Source: a virus (taxonomy: Duplodnaviria; Caudoviricetes). From it: a stretch of DNA of 64,000 nucleotides. Position numbers and translations under genes: made by a program. Below the pieces are notes generated by a model. It worked only from the letters and a program-made list of their open reading frames with translations, was not told the DNA's origin and did not search any database. Shown piece after piece: positions 36,831 to 47,300 of the stretch; within the stretch, counting starts at the first letter, position 1, and each line of letters begins with the position of its first letter. The stretch is taken from positions 1 to 64,000 of the IMG/VR virus record IMGVR_UViG_3300009420_000006. One strand, written 5' to 3'.

Positions 36831-39800
36831 ATGGCTACTAGAAAAGAAAATGATGATGCTGCTTCAGGTTTAGCTGCTGCTAAAAAGAAAGCTGCAAGTG
36901 CTAAACAGATGGATGCTGCTCAAAAAGGTCAAGTTAGACTTGAATATGGGCAAGCTCAATCTGGCCTTAATATGGACAGTACTATTAATCAAGTACAACC
37001 AGGAAAACTTACTTATGCATTAAATGCTACTATAGAAAACTTTGATTCTAGTTCTATTAATTATCAGAATGAACCTGGGAATGAGCCATGTTTAACATTT
37101 CCTAGTGGTTATGAACTAGTAGGAAAGTATACTATACCTGAGAAAAAGAAAAATATATTCTTCTTAACAAATCCTACAACTGGTAATAGTGAGATTGGCT
37201 TTCAGTTTAATAATGATTGTCAATACCAGCAGTTAGTAGCTGCCCCATGTCTAAACTTTAACATTGATCATCCTATTCATAAGGTAGTCCACAGGATAAC
37301 AAACTGTAGTACAGAAATATACTGGACTGACGGATTAAACCCTAGAAGATATTTAGATATAGATGATCCTCCCTTCAAACTTATAGCTGGTACTCCCACT
37401 TGCGATCCTGTATATAGTAACGATTTAGATTGTAATCAACTAAAGATTCAACCTAACTTTGATATTCCTCAATTACAAATACCTGAAGTAATTAACTTAG
37501 GTACTTTAACTGCAGGAACTTATCAGTTTGCAATTCAATATTCAGATTCAGTTGGTAATGATTTAACTTCTTATTATTCTGTTACTAATCCTTGTCCTAT
37601 TGCTGATAAATTAATAACATCAGTAAACTTTAATTACCCTGTAGGAAAATCTATAAGAGTAGCTGTATCTAATTTAGATCAAACTGGACAGTTTCAGTAT
37701 TTTAATTTAGCTGTAATTAAAACGATAAATGATATTAGTTCAGTAGAGCTGGTTGGTACTTATAATATAACAGAACCTGCACAAGAAATATTGTATACAG
37801 GAGCAGATGCAAGCCCTATACAATTATCTATGAGTGATATATTTGAGAAGTATCCATACTATAGTATTGCACAAGATGTAACATCTGTACAAGATACTTT
37901 AATATGGAGTAATCTTACATCTATAGATAGAATCAATTATCAACAGATAGCTTCTAATATTACACTACAGTGGGAGTCTTATAGAATACCTGCTGGAGAA
38001 AACTATTCAGATGAATATAATGCTACTAATTTACGTGGATACATGCGTGATGAGATATATGCATTTGAAATAGTGTTCCTTTTAAGAAATGGAAAACAAA
38101 CAGATTCATTTCATATACCAGGTGCTGGTTATAACAATGTTTTTGCTGATGTACCAGAAACCAATGATGACTTTATAGGAGTTCCGGATACTTATATAAA
38201 CGGTATAGGATATAGTCCTTACTGGAAAATATATAATAATGCTACAAACCTAGGATTTTCAGATGGATATGTATCAGATAATAACTACAAAGGACCTTAT
38301 CAGTTTGGAGAGTTTGCATACTGGGAGTCTACTGAAAAGTATCCTTGTAACACAGATGTGTGGGGTAATTTAGCAGATGAATATATTAGACATCATAAGT
38401 TTCCAGATGTATTAGTAAGTCCTATCATGGAAAATGGTAATATAATATATGATAATGAAGGTCAGATTTTACCTACAATGCAAGATAATGCTGTATTTCC
38501 TATTGGTGTAAAAATAGATAATGATCAGATAGCTAATCTTATAATAAGTTCAGATCTTACTCAAGATCAAAAAGATGATATCATTGGGTATAAAATTGTT
38601 AGAGGTGACCGTAGTACTAATAAATCTGTAATTGCAAAAGGTTTAATAAGAAATGTAAACAAGTACAATAAACAAGATCAAGATTATTATTACCCTAACT
38701 ATCCATATAATCAAGTTGTGGGAGAGGATCAGTTTATTCAAGAAAACAACAACGCATGGACTGACAATGCTAAGTCATGGCTTATATATATGCCAGATGA
38801 GGATCCACAGTTTCCTTGGTGGGTAGACTTTTTTGATATACCACCTCCCATTATTGATACTAATAAAGATGATGAAGGAATATATGCATATACTAGTTTA
38901 ACTAATGGTAGAGAGGTTCAAGCAATTATAAAGGTTGGATGCGTTATAGAAGTGTGTTCTCCTACAAGACCAATAGCTTTAAAAGGTATTATGACTATAG
39001 GTCCTGGAGATTATGATGTGTGGGACTGTGATAGTAGTGGAGCCGAGCTTGCATGTGGTTGGAGATTAAATTGGTACAACCCTTTTAATAGACAGAACTT
39101 AGACCAAGATATACAGAGAGCACAATGGATGGGTGCTGGTGCAATTGTTGGTGGTACGTTTGGTACTGTAATTACTCAAGCATGGGAAGGAGACCCAGAT
39201 CTTCTAAATACTTCTGACAATCCGTATAAACCTTGGCCAACGAACAAAGGAACATTCCTTGGTATTCCTTGTACACAAGTTACAATTGACCCTCAACCTA
39301 CTGATAAGGCTCTGTTTTCAGATCCAGAAGGTCAGGAGCTTGGAGAAGGAGAGAGTCAAGGGGAGGGTCCAGATTATATTGGTCCAATTCCAGATTATGA
39401 TGGAGAAGAAGCCTTAGAATGTCTAGGAGAAACAGGAGAGCCAGGTTTTGGATTTCCTCACTTTCCAACTCCTCCACTTAATCCTGATGAACCAAGTAGT
39501 CAGGGTGTGGATACATTGCTAGGTCAGTCGATTGGTAGTGGAAGTGAAGGCTTTTTAAATGGTAGTAATAGTAGACCTTTTAGTAGAAGATCTGGTTTAG
39601 GATGTGATCGAGAATTTCCTATGCCTATTTTAGGAGAGGAAAAAGAGACAATAAAAAGTCAAATATTTAACTCACCAGATACATCATTTGGACAACCTTT
39701 CTTAGGAGACATAATGAAGTTAGAAAGTGTAATGTTTGGAGCTGGTAAAGCTCACTTTGTAGAGGTAAAAGATAATGCTAAGTATAAACTGCTTTCTAAA

Positions 39801-42800
39801 GAAGCTCAACAAGATGCATTAAATAGTGCAGAAAGAGTAGCTAAAATGGGTGCTGGTGGATTTAATGCTGGTGTAATGTTTACAGTTTATCAGTCATATC
39901 TTACTATATATGTAAACGGTATTACTAGAAGAAACTATGGTCAATCATTTAATTCTATAGCAAACTATGATTATTCTTTTCCTATTGAAAATAATGTTAG
40001 TGGTGGGATCAAACAAAGACAACTAGATACTTCTAGATATCTAATACCAGGAGTACAATCTATATATCCTAATGATCCTCCTGTGAATAATTGGAACAGA
40101 GAGTCATCAGTATATATAAAAACAAGAGAAGATATATCAAGTGTTAATCCAACTGCAGAACCATTTCTTCTTCCTCATAAAACACCTAGTTTAGAAAATA
40201 CTAATGGTGATCCTAGTATTGTAGAATACTCAAGATTTGGAATAGGAGAGTCTGGAAGTTGTGCAAAGCCACAAAAAGAACAAGATATAAAAGTAGTCTC
40301 GTATTATGGTTCTATGAAAAATTTGATACCTAATCAATATGGTCAAATAAATTCATTTTTAAGAATAGATACAGGCTATCAAAAAACTTTCGACATTACT
40401 CAATCTACTTCCTCACTTACAGGAACAGATACAATTTTTGGAGGTGATACATTTATATCTAGATTTACATTTAAAACTAAACTACCATTCTTTATAGATA
40501 ATAGAGTAGGAGCACCAAATGATTCAGACATATTTTTTGATGAATTAGGTAATGTAGGTTATCCTAAGTTCTGGCACTCTGCTAGATCTATTTTAGATAA
40601 CTATATAATAACCGAAGGGACTGGAGCTCCACAACCTATGTATAACCTTATATCTACTAAGGCTCATAATTTTGATTGTGCAAATGATCCATCACAAATA
40701 CCTGTTTCTACAGACAATCCTATATTTGGATCATTTAGAACATTCTATGATGGGTACATGTATTTATGGGCTTATGGTGTCCCTAATTTTTATTGTGAAA
40801 CTTTATATAATACAGATTTAAGACAAGCGTTCAATAATAAAGAAGGAGACTTTTGGCCTCATGTAAGTAGTGGTATTCCTGATGATTGGGTACAAGAAAC
40901 AAATGTACCTATCGCTCAAGATAATACATATTACTATAATGTAACATACTCTAAGCAAAACAAGGAAAACTCATTTAGTCAACTTCCTCCAGACTGGGAA
41001 GAGGATTTATGTTTTACATACTTTCCATTTAGAGCAATTTATTCTGACACACAAGGAGATAGTGCAGATAATAGAGTAAACAACTGGTTAGTCTATAGAG
41101 CTCTTTCTCGTCATGACTTTCCACAGAATTATGGTAATCTTACATCACTTGATGGTGTAATGGATAGAGCTATTCTAGCAAGGTTTGATAATAAAGCTCT
41201 CCTTTATGGTTCACTTTTAACTATAGACACAAGTAATCCACAAGCAGCTTATATAGGTAATCCTAGATTATTTGATGCTGCACCACCTTTAGATTTTGCT
41301 GAAACTGATTTAGGGTATGTAGGTTCTCAAAATAAGTTTTTGTTAAAGATACCATATGGTTCAATAACTGCAGATGCTAAGAGAGGTCAGATATTTCTAA
41401 TAGGAGGTAAACAAGCTGTTGATATAACAGCAGCTGCATCAGGAGTAAATAGATTTATGACAAATCATTTACCATTTGAAATACTAGAATACTTTCCAAA
41501 GGTAAACATAGACAATCATTTTAATGGAATAGGATTACATGGAGTATATGATAGTAGGTTTGATAGAGTTATAATTACCAAGCTTGATTATATTCCAATT
41601 GATGATAGGATTCAATATGATGCAGATACTAAAAAGTTTTTTATAGTAATAGGAGATGATCCTGCTACTCCTGATATTGAGAATATAACACAAGAGGTAT
41701 TCTTGTTTGATAAAGAATACTTTTGTAGTAAATCATGGACTATGTCTTTTGATTTTACTACTAAGAGTTGGATATCTTTTCACTCTTACCTACCTAATTT
41801 TTATATAGGAGAAAATAATTTCTATTACTCTGGCATAAATAGTTGCTGTACAGAGTTTACTGCGATATTAGATACTCCAGATAGAAGTAGAATAGATGAA
41901 GAAACCCCTCAACTAGAAATGATTGTAGGTGTTGTGCAAGCTCCAAAACTAATTACAACTAGTACAACAAGTACTTCTAGTCCTTTTATTACAACTACAA
42001 CTAGTACGACTGTAGCACTTGATTGTGATTTTAATATAGTACTATCAGAAGAATTAGATTGTGAGATAGATGGTGTAGGATACATAACAGTGCCTACTCC
42101 TACTACTACTACCATATGTTATAGAGAAGGAAGTTTGCAAAATGTATCTTTATCTGAAGGATATGAAAGACAAAGTGATCAACAAGTAGTTATTGGTACA
42201 GGCTCTGCAATAGAAGCATGTTCAGTAGCACGTATAGTTGACACTGCAAATACAGAACTTAGTGCTGTTCCTATAGAACAAGCTGCACAGATTACTACTT
42301 TTAATAACGGTATTAGTTTACTTTCCCAGTATGTATACAGAGGTATTGCTACTGATTGTACATATGTATCTGATGGTTGGTATACAACTTCTGAAGAGTT
42401 TAATAATAATAATAGTGTATTTTACATAGAGTCTGGACAAGTTATGGAAATATATGATTGTGGATGTAACACAACTAGTACAACAAGTACTATTGCACCT
42501 TACATACCTGAATGTTGTGTAGTTCTTGGTGTAGAAAATATAAGTCAATCAGAAAATAATCTATACTTATTAAGTGATGGAACTGATGCTAATCCTATTC
42601 CAGAAAATAGTCAAATTCCTAGAAAAGTTAAATTAGATTGGAATCCAACAGAGAATGTAGACTCAACAGCATGGTCAGAAAGTTATTTATTTACATACAC
42701 TAGTAGTACTCCTGAATTTAATATATATACTATAGACCTAAGTCCATGGAAAGTAGAGAGTAGTCAAATGATACTTGCTCCTAGTGGAACAAGTGGACCT

Positions 42801-43514
42801 ATGATAGCTAAAAATGACACTACTTTAATTACAGCAAATACCAATGGTTATGTTACAGAAATAACATTTGATTACACTGCTTCACCTTCAACCGCTACTC
42901 CTAGTAATAAGTTTTTACTACCAGCAGCACACACGTTCTCTACAGATTTTATATTTGTAAATGGAGATGTTCCAAAATTAATTACTGTAGGGTATGATAA
43001 CTCTGCACCTAGTGATGCTATCTTATTTGAATTTAATTATAACACTGGAAGTATAAACTTACAAGTTACTTACACTGGTAAAACAGTAAGAAATGTAGTA
43101 TATTGTGATTGTAATATATATCTAGTCTGTGATGGAGTTACTAATCCAACTGATATATTTATTGTAGAATCTGTATCTCCATATAGTTTAATTGGTATAC
43201 TAGATGATCCAATTTCTAATTATGACAATATAACATTGGTTAATCAACTATCACAATGTATGATAAAAGGAATAGAGAATACAACTACTAGCACAACTAC
43301 AGTAGCTCCAACTACTACTACTACATCTACATCAGCTGCTCCAGGAGTTTGTAATGAGTATGAAATAGTAGGACCTAGAGCTTTAATATATACAGATTGC
43401 TTTGGACAACAAGCTAGTATATCTGTACCTACTGGAGATACAGAAACAGTATGTGCTGTAACAATTACAACTGGATCTGGAGTAACATTAATAGGACCTT
43501 GTACAGTATCATGA
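36831..43514 (+). CDS. tail stabilization/muzzle (Tstab-like) protein, N-terminal part, with a modular Thr-linked C-terminal extension
   Basis: GLNMD..., YALNA, IYWTDGLNPRRY, GYMRDEIYAFEIVF, GGDTFISRF, WISFHSYLPNFY; Thr tracts begin at about 41950. Confidence 0.8.
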   Translation: MATRKENDDAASGLAAAKKKAASAKQMDAAQKGQVRLEYGQAQSGLNMDSTINQVQPGKLTYALNATIENFDSSSINYQNEPGNEPCLTFPSGYELVGKYTIPEKKKNIFFLTNPTTGNSEIGFQFNNDCQYQQLVAAPCLNFNIDHPIHKVVHRITNCSTEIYWTDGLNPRRYLDIDDPPFKLIAGTPTCDPVYSNDLDCNQLKIQPNFDIPQLQIPEVINLGTLTAGTYQFAIQYSDSVGNDLTSYYSVTNPCPIADKLITSVNFNYPVGKSIRVAVSNLDQTGQFQYFNLAVIKTINDISSVELVGTYNITEPAQEILYTGADASPIQLSMSDIFEKYPYYSIAQDVTSVQDTLIWSNLTSIDRINYQQIASNITLQWESYRIPAGENYSDEYNATNLRGYMRDEIYAFEIVFLLRNGKQTDSFHIPGAGYNNVFADVPETNDDFIGVPDTYINGIGYSPYWKIYNNATNLGFSDGYVSDNNYKGPYQFGEFAYWESTEKYPCNTDVWGNLADEYIRHHKFPDVLVSPIMENGNIIYDNEGQILPTMQDNAVFPIGVKIDNDQIANLIISSDLTQDQKDDIIGYKIVRGDRSTNKSVIAKGLIRNVNKYNKQDQDYYYPNYPYNQVVGEDQFIQENNNAWTDNAKSWLIYMPDEDPQFPWWVDFFDIPPPIIDTNKDDEGIYAYTSLTNGREVQAIIKVGCVIEVCSPTRPIALKGIMTIGPGDYDVWDCDSSGAELACGWRLNWYNPFNRQNLDQDIQRAQWMGAGAIVGGTFGTVITQAWEGDPDLLNTSDNPYKPWPTNKGTFLGIPCTQVTIDPQPTDKALFSDPEGQELGEGESQGEGPDYIGPIPDYDGEEALECLGETGEPGFGFPHFPTPPLNPDEPSSQGVDTLLGQSIGSGSEGFLNGSNSRPFSRRSGLGCDREFPMPILGEEKETIKSQIFNSPDTSFGQPFLGDIMKLESVMFGAGKAHFVEVKDNAKYKLLSKEAQQDALNSAERVAKMGAGGFNAGVMFTVYQSYLTIYVNGITRRNYGQSFNSIANYDYSFPIENNVSGGIKQRQLDTSRYLIPGVQSIYPNDPPVNNWNRESSVYIKTREDISSVNPTAEPFLLPHKTPSLENTNGDPSIVEYSRFGIGESGSCAKPQKEQDIKVVSYYGSMKNLIPNQYGQINSFLRIDTGYQKTFDITQSTSSLTGTDTIFGGDTFISRFTFKTKLPFFIDNRVGAPNDSDIFFDELGNVGYPKFWHSARSILDNYIITEGTGAPQPMYNLISTKAHNFDCANDPSQIPVSTDNPIFGSFRTFYDGYMYLWAYGVPNFYCETLYNTDLRQAFNNKEGDFWPHVSSGIPDDWVQETNVPIAQDNTYYYNVTYSKQNKENSFSQLPPDWEEDLCFTYFPFRAIYSDTQGDSADNRVNNWLVYRALSRHDFPQNYGNLTSLDGVMDRAILARFDNKALLYGSLLTIDTSNPQAAYIGNPRLFDAAPPLDFAETDLGYVGSQNKFLLKIPYGSITADAKRGQIFLIGGKQAVDITAAASGVNRFMTNHLPFEILEYFPKVNIDNHFNGIGLHGVYDSRFDRVIITKLDYIPIDDRIQYDADTKKFFIVIGDDPATPDIENITQEVFLFDKEYFCSKSWTMSFDFTTKSWISFHSYLPNFYIGENNFYYSGINSCCTEFTAILDTPDRSRIDEETPQLEMIVGVVQAPKLITTSTTSTSSPFITTTTSTTVALDCDFNIVLSEELDCEIDGVGYITVPTPTTTTICYREGSLQNVSLSEGYERQSDQQVVIGTGSAIEACSVARIVDTANTELSAVPIEQAAQITTFNNGISLLSQYVYRGIATDCTYVSDGWYTTSEEFNNNNSVFYIESGQVMEIYDCGCNTTSTTSTIAPYIPECCVVLGVENISQSENNLYLLSDGTDANPIPENSQIPRKVKLDWNPTENVDSTAWSESYLFTYTSSTPEFNIYTIDLSPWKVESSQMILAPSGTSGPMIAKNDTTLITANTNGYVTEITFDYTASPSTATPSNKFLLPAAHTFSTDFIFVNGDVPKLITVGYDNSAPSDAILFEFNYNTGSINLQVTYTGKTVRNVVYCDCNIYLVCDGVTNPTDIFIVESVSPYSLIGILDDPISNYDNITLVNQLSQCMIKGIENTTTSTTTVAPTTTTTSTSAAPGVCNEYEIVGPRALIYTDCFGQQASISVPTGDTETVCAVTITTGSGVTLIGPCTVS

Positions 43515-44377
43515 AAATAATAAATCTAAAAATAACAGCCGCTAGTCCTAACATAGGACCTTTTAAGATCACAGATGACCTAGGAAATATCTTAGGAGAT
43601 AATGTATCATTAAGTTCTTTAGTACAGGGTATAGCCTACTCAGTAGAAAATGAAGTTAGTGTTGTAACATTAGAGTCATCTGGTGATTGTAATTTTAAAA
43701 AACAATTTACAGTTGATAATCAAGTTAGTAATGAAGAATATATAGATGCTACATTTAGACCTCTTAGAACAGGATGTTTGTGGACACATTTAAGAAATGA
43801 TACTTTATACAATTACTACTATGGAGATATTGCTCCTTATATTATTGAGTATCCTTTTGCATATAAATATAATGATCAGATCCTTCAAAATATAAGAGAT
43901 TACAGTAAGGTGTATACATATATCCCTTCTACTTTAGGAGAGTTTGATTCTAATAGTAAGATACAAACAGATGATAAATACTTTAATAAAGCTGTATTAT
44001 ATAATGGACAACAGTCTACAGGTATATTAGAACTTGTTCCTAAACCAATGAATAATTTAAGTTCATATCTACAGTATCCAATATTAAATACTGACAGTAA
44101 AACTATTACTTTTTCAAAGACAGATAGTTTCTATCAATATAATACTTTCTGGGCACTACAAAAAAATGATCAAGTGCCTTTATTTAAAACATCCTGTGAA
44201 TCTAAATCAATAGACAAGGTTGTTAATCAGGACAATATGAACTATGGTGACCTATCTTTTAAGAAGTCACAACTAAGAGCTAAGAACGTTAAGGTGAGAC
44301 ATATACTAGATAATACTTCGACTTCACATATTGTAAGTCAGTTTATTGTAGCACCAGCACAAATATCATATCATTAA
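43511..44377 (+). CDS. shared-module paralog 5 fused to a probable Tstab C-terminal domain
   Basis: ATG at 43511 (ATGA overlap) preferred over the track start at 43451; GPFKITDD module, then LWTH...YYG..APYIIEYP...FNKAVLYNGQQSTG. Confidence 0.7.
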   Translation: MKIINLKITAASPNIGPFKITDDLGNILGDNVSLSSLVQGIAYSVENEVSVVTLESSGDCNFKKQFTVDNQVSNEEYIDATFRPLRTGCLWTHLRNDTLYNYYYGDIAPYIIEYPFAYKYNDQILQNIRDYSKVYTYIPSTLGEFDSNSKIQTDDKYFNKAVLYNGQQSTGILELVPKPMNNLSSYLQYPILNTDSKTITFSKTDSFYQYNTFWALQKNDQVPLFKTSCESKSIDKVVNQDNMNYGDLSFKKSQLRAKNVKVRHILDNTSTSHIVSQFIVAPAQISYH

Positions 44378-47300
44378 TGGCACTAACACCAGGTAAAGCA
44401 AAAAAGATGTTAAGCGATGGAACTGTCCATGGTCAATCTCTGTCTAATAAACAGAAGAGATACTTCGGTGCTATAGCTGGAGGGGCAACACCTATGAAAG
44501 CAATCAATGGTGGTTGGTTAGATAAGTTTGAAGATGGAGGTTCATTACCTAAAGCCCAAGATGGCTGGTTCAATGATGGAGAAGAAAAAGAAGAAGAGCT
44601 AATACCAAATTTAACAGATGAGCAAAAAAGAATAAAAGAATATAATATTAATTATTATGAATCTGACAAATTTAAGACAAGATTAAAGAATATGCATGAG
44701 GATTATCCTAGTACCTTTTATCTAGATAAAACAAAAAAAGAAAGGGATAATTTACTAGAAACTAATCCACGCAAATCAGGAGTGCTTGATAGGATGGTTT
44801 CTAATATGGAAAATAACACCGGCTATTATAAACCTTTAGATGTAGACAGTGTGAGTAAACGTGCTCTAAAGAAATTGAAAACGTCAAACAGTGTTAGTTA
44901 CAATAATGAAGACGATAGTCATGCAGGTTTGCCCATAAATCTTAATAGTACAGAGAAAGGAATGACAGGTCAGATAAAACCTAAACTATTTAATCTTGAT
45001 GAAGTTTTTAGTCATGAATTAGTACACAATGTACCGGTTCCTTATACTGATGTATTTAACGATACTGTATCCTCTAAAATGACAGGAGCTTTAGACTGGC
45101 ATGATAAAGAAGTTGAAGAGACTAGGGCGGATGTTGGTGGATTACGATACATCTTAAATAAAGCAGGAATTAATGATGCATCAAAAGAAGATTTTAATAT
45201 TAAAGATTTAAAGCAAGCATCTGAAAAACTTAAAGATAGTGATTTATTTAATAGGCTTAGAACTATATATTCAAATGACAAGGATTTTATATGGATAATG
45301 AATAACATAGCTTCTACAGATAATTTAGATAGTCAAACATCTAACATATCAATGGCTGAAGATGGTACAGAAATACCTAAAGCTCAAACTGGTGACAAGT
45401 ATACAATAGTACCAGAAGATGGTATAGAGTTAGATGAGGTTGTTATAACTGGAAAGTCAAACAAGAGAAAAAAGAAAGATAAAATAAGAGAGGAGTTATT
45501 TAAGGATATGCCTGATTTTATGAAGTATGGCGATGATGATTATACTCTTTCAGCTGAACAACAGCAACAACTTGATGATCTAGGTATTACAGACTTGGAT
45601 AGTTACAATGAATATTTTGGAACATCTTATGATAGAGAGAATGCAGGAAATGAGTTTAATTATCTAAACTCTTATAAGCCTGAACGTGAAGAGTTGATTA
45701 GTAGTATTCATAGTGCTACTAATGCAGCAGCAAAAAATATAATTACAGCTGCATCATTTATACCTAGTCCAATAAGTGGTGCTAGTTTATTGTCTAAAAC
45801 ACCACAAGCATATCGAGCTCTTGCTGGTCCTCTTAGACAAGCTTATAAATATACTGCTAATAGTCCTGTTGGAAAAGCTGCTTATAAGTATATAGGAAAA
45901 CCTTTTAGAAAGGCACTGGACTATAAACCAGGAGGTGGACCATTTAGTGTAGGGAACTATGCTGATATGGGTAGTGTAGGGTATGGTGCTTATAACATTG
46001 CTCCAGATGTAAAAGAATTATATAACAATCCTAGTTGGTCTAATGCAGGAAGTGTAGGTATAGATGCTTTAGGATTTACTCCTTTCTTAAATAAAAAGTT
46101 TACTGGGCCTCTTAAGAATACATTGCTTCCAAACTTCTCAGATGATGTAGCAAACCTTAAAAATGCTATAACCGGTCCATTGAATAAAATTACCAATCCT
46201 TTGTCAGACTTTAGAGTAAACCTCGGAAAAGGGATAGAAAGATTTAAAACTCAAGGTAATGTTAATGCTAGGCCATTCTGGAAAGGGTTTAATGAGAACC
46301 CTGTTCCATCGGCTGCTAAATTTGACAAAGATTGGGTAAGTGCTCCAGGATTTGATCAAAGATATGACAAGTTTGTATATCGTCATCAAGACCCTAGATT
46401 ATTGGATTTGCAAAAAAGTAATGATCGGCTATATAATTCAGGTATGGATCTGCTAAGACAAAAACAACCTGACTTATTTGCACAAGGTCCTAGCACCTAC
46501 GGATCACAGTTGACTATGCCTCTTTCACAAATCTCTAAAATGTTTCCAAGACTTAAACTTGATGCTGATATGTTGATGGGTATTAAGCGACAAAATGCAG
46601 GTATTCTTAATACATTAGATGCAGCCAAGAATGCTAGTATGAACTTAGATCAAATAGCGGCAACAGGAAAGTTTACTAAAGTGTTTAATACTAATTCCCT
46701 TAGTCCAGATGATTTAAAGTATTTTGAAGAAAACTCTAACGTTCTAGGATTCTTTAGAAATTCAGAGAATAGAGCAATTATAAACGAAGATCAACTAAGA
46801 GCATACTATGGAAACAATCCAAGTAAATTGAGTGCCTATATGAGATCTGTTCTAAATCATGAGAATTCTCATGCACTAGATGCTGGTGCAAGAGCTACTA
46901 AACCTCTATATAATAATACTACTAGGGCAGTTATTCCTGAAATAGTTGATGATGGTAAGAATGTTTTAACAGGAGTAACTCAGAAAAATATTGAGGAAGT
47001 GTGGCCAGGTTTCAAAAATCTATCAAAAAAACGACAAGAAAAACTTGCATATCTATCTGAACCAACAGAAGTTGTAGCAAGAATTAAAGAGTTAAGAAGC
47101 CAATTCATTCCTAAAAAGTTTGTAGGAACTGATAAGCAGTATGAAATGTCTGACGATTTAATAAAGAAAATAATGTCAGAAGGAAAGAAAGGTAACACTT
47201 CAGTAGATGCAACCTTCTTTAGACTGATAAAAGATAAAGAGGCATTTAAGAACCTGTTTAAAGTTCTTCCTGCTGTAGCAGCACCCATTGCTATTGGTGC

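Noticed and set aside
23664-42115. Val-rich minus-strand ORFs (23664-23942, 27647-28120, 30724-31143, 41909-42115)
   Set aside because: Antisense shadows of Thr tracts (ACN reads as Val on the opposite strand).
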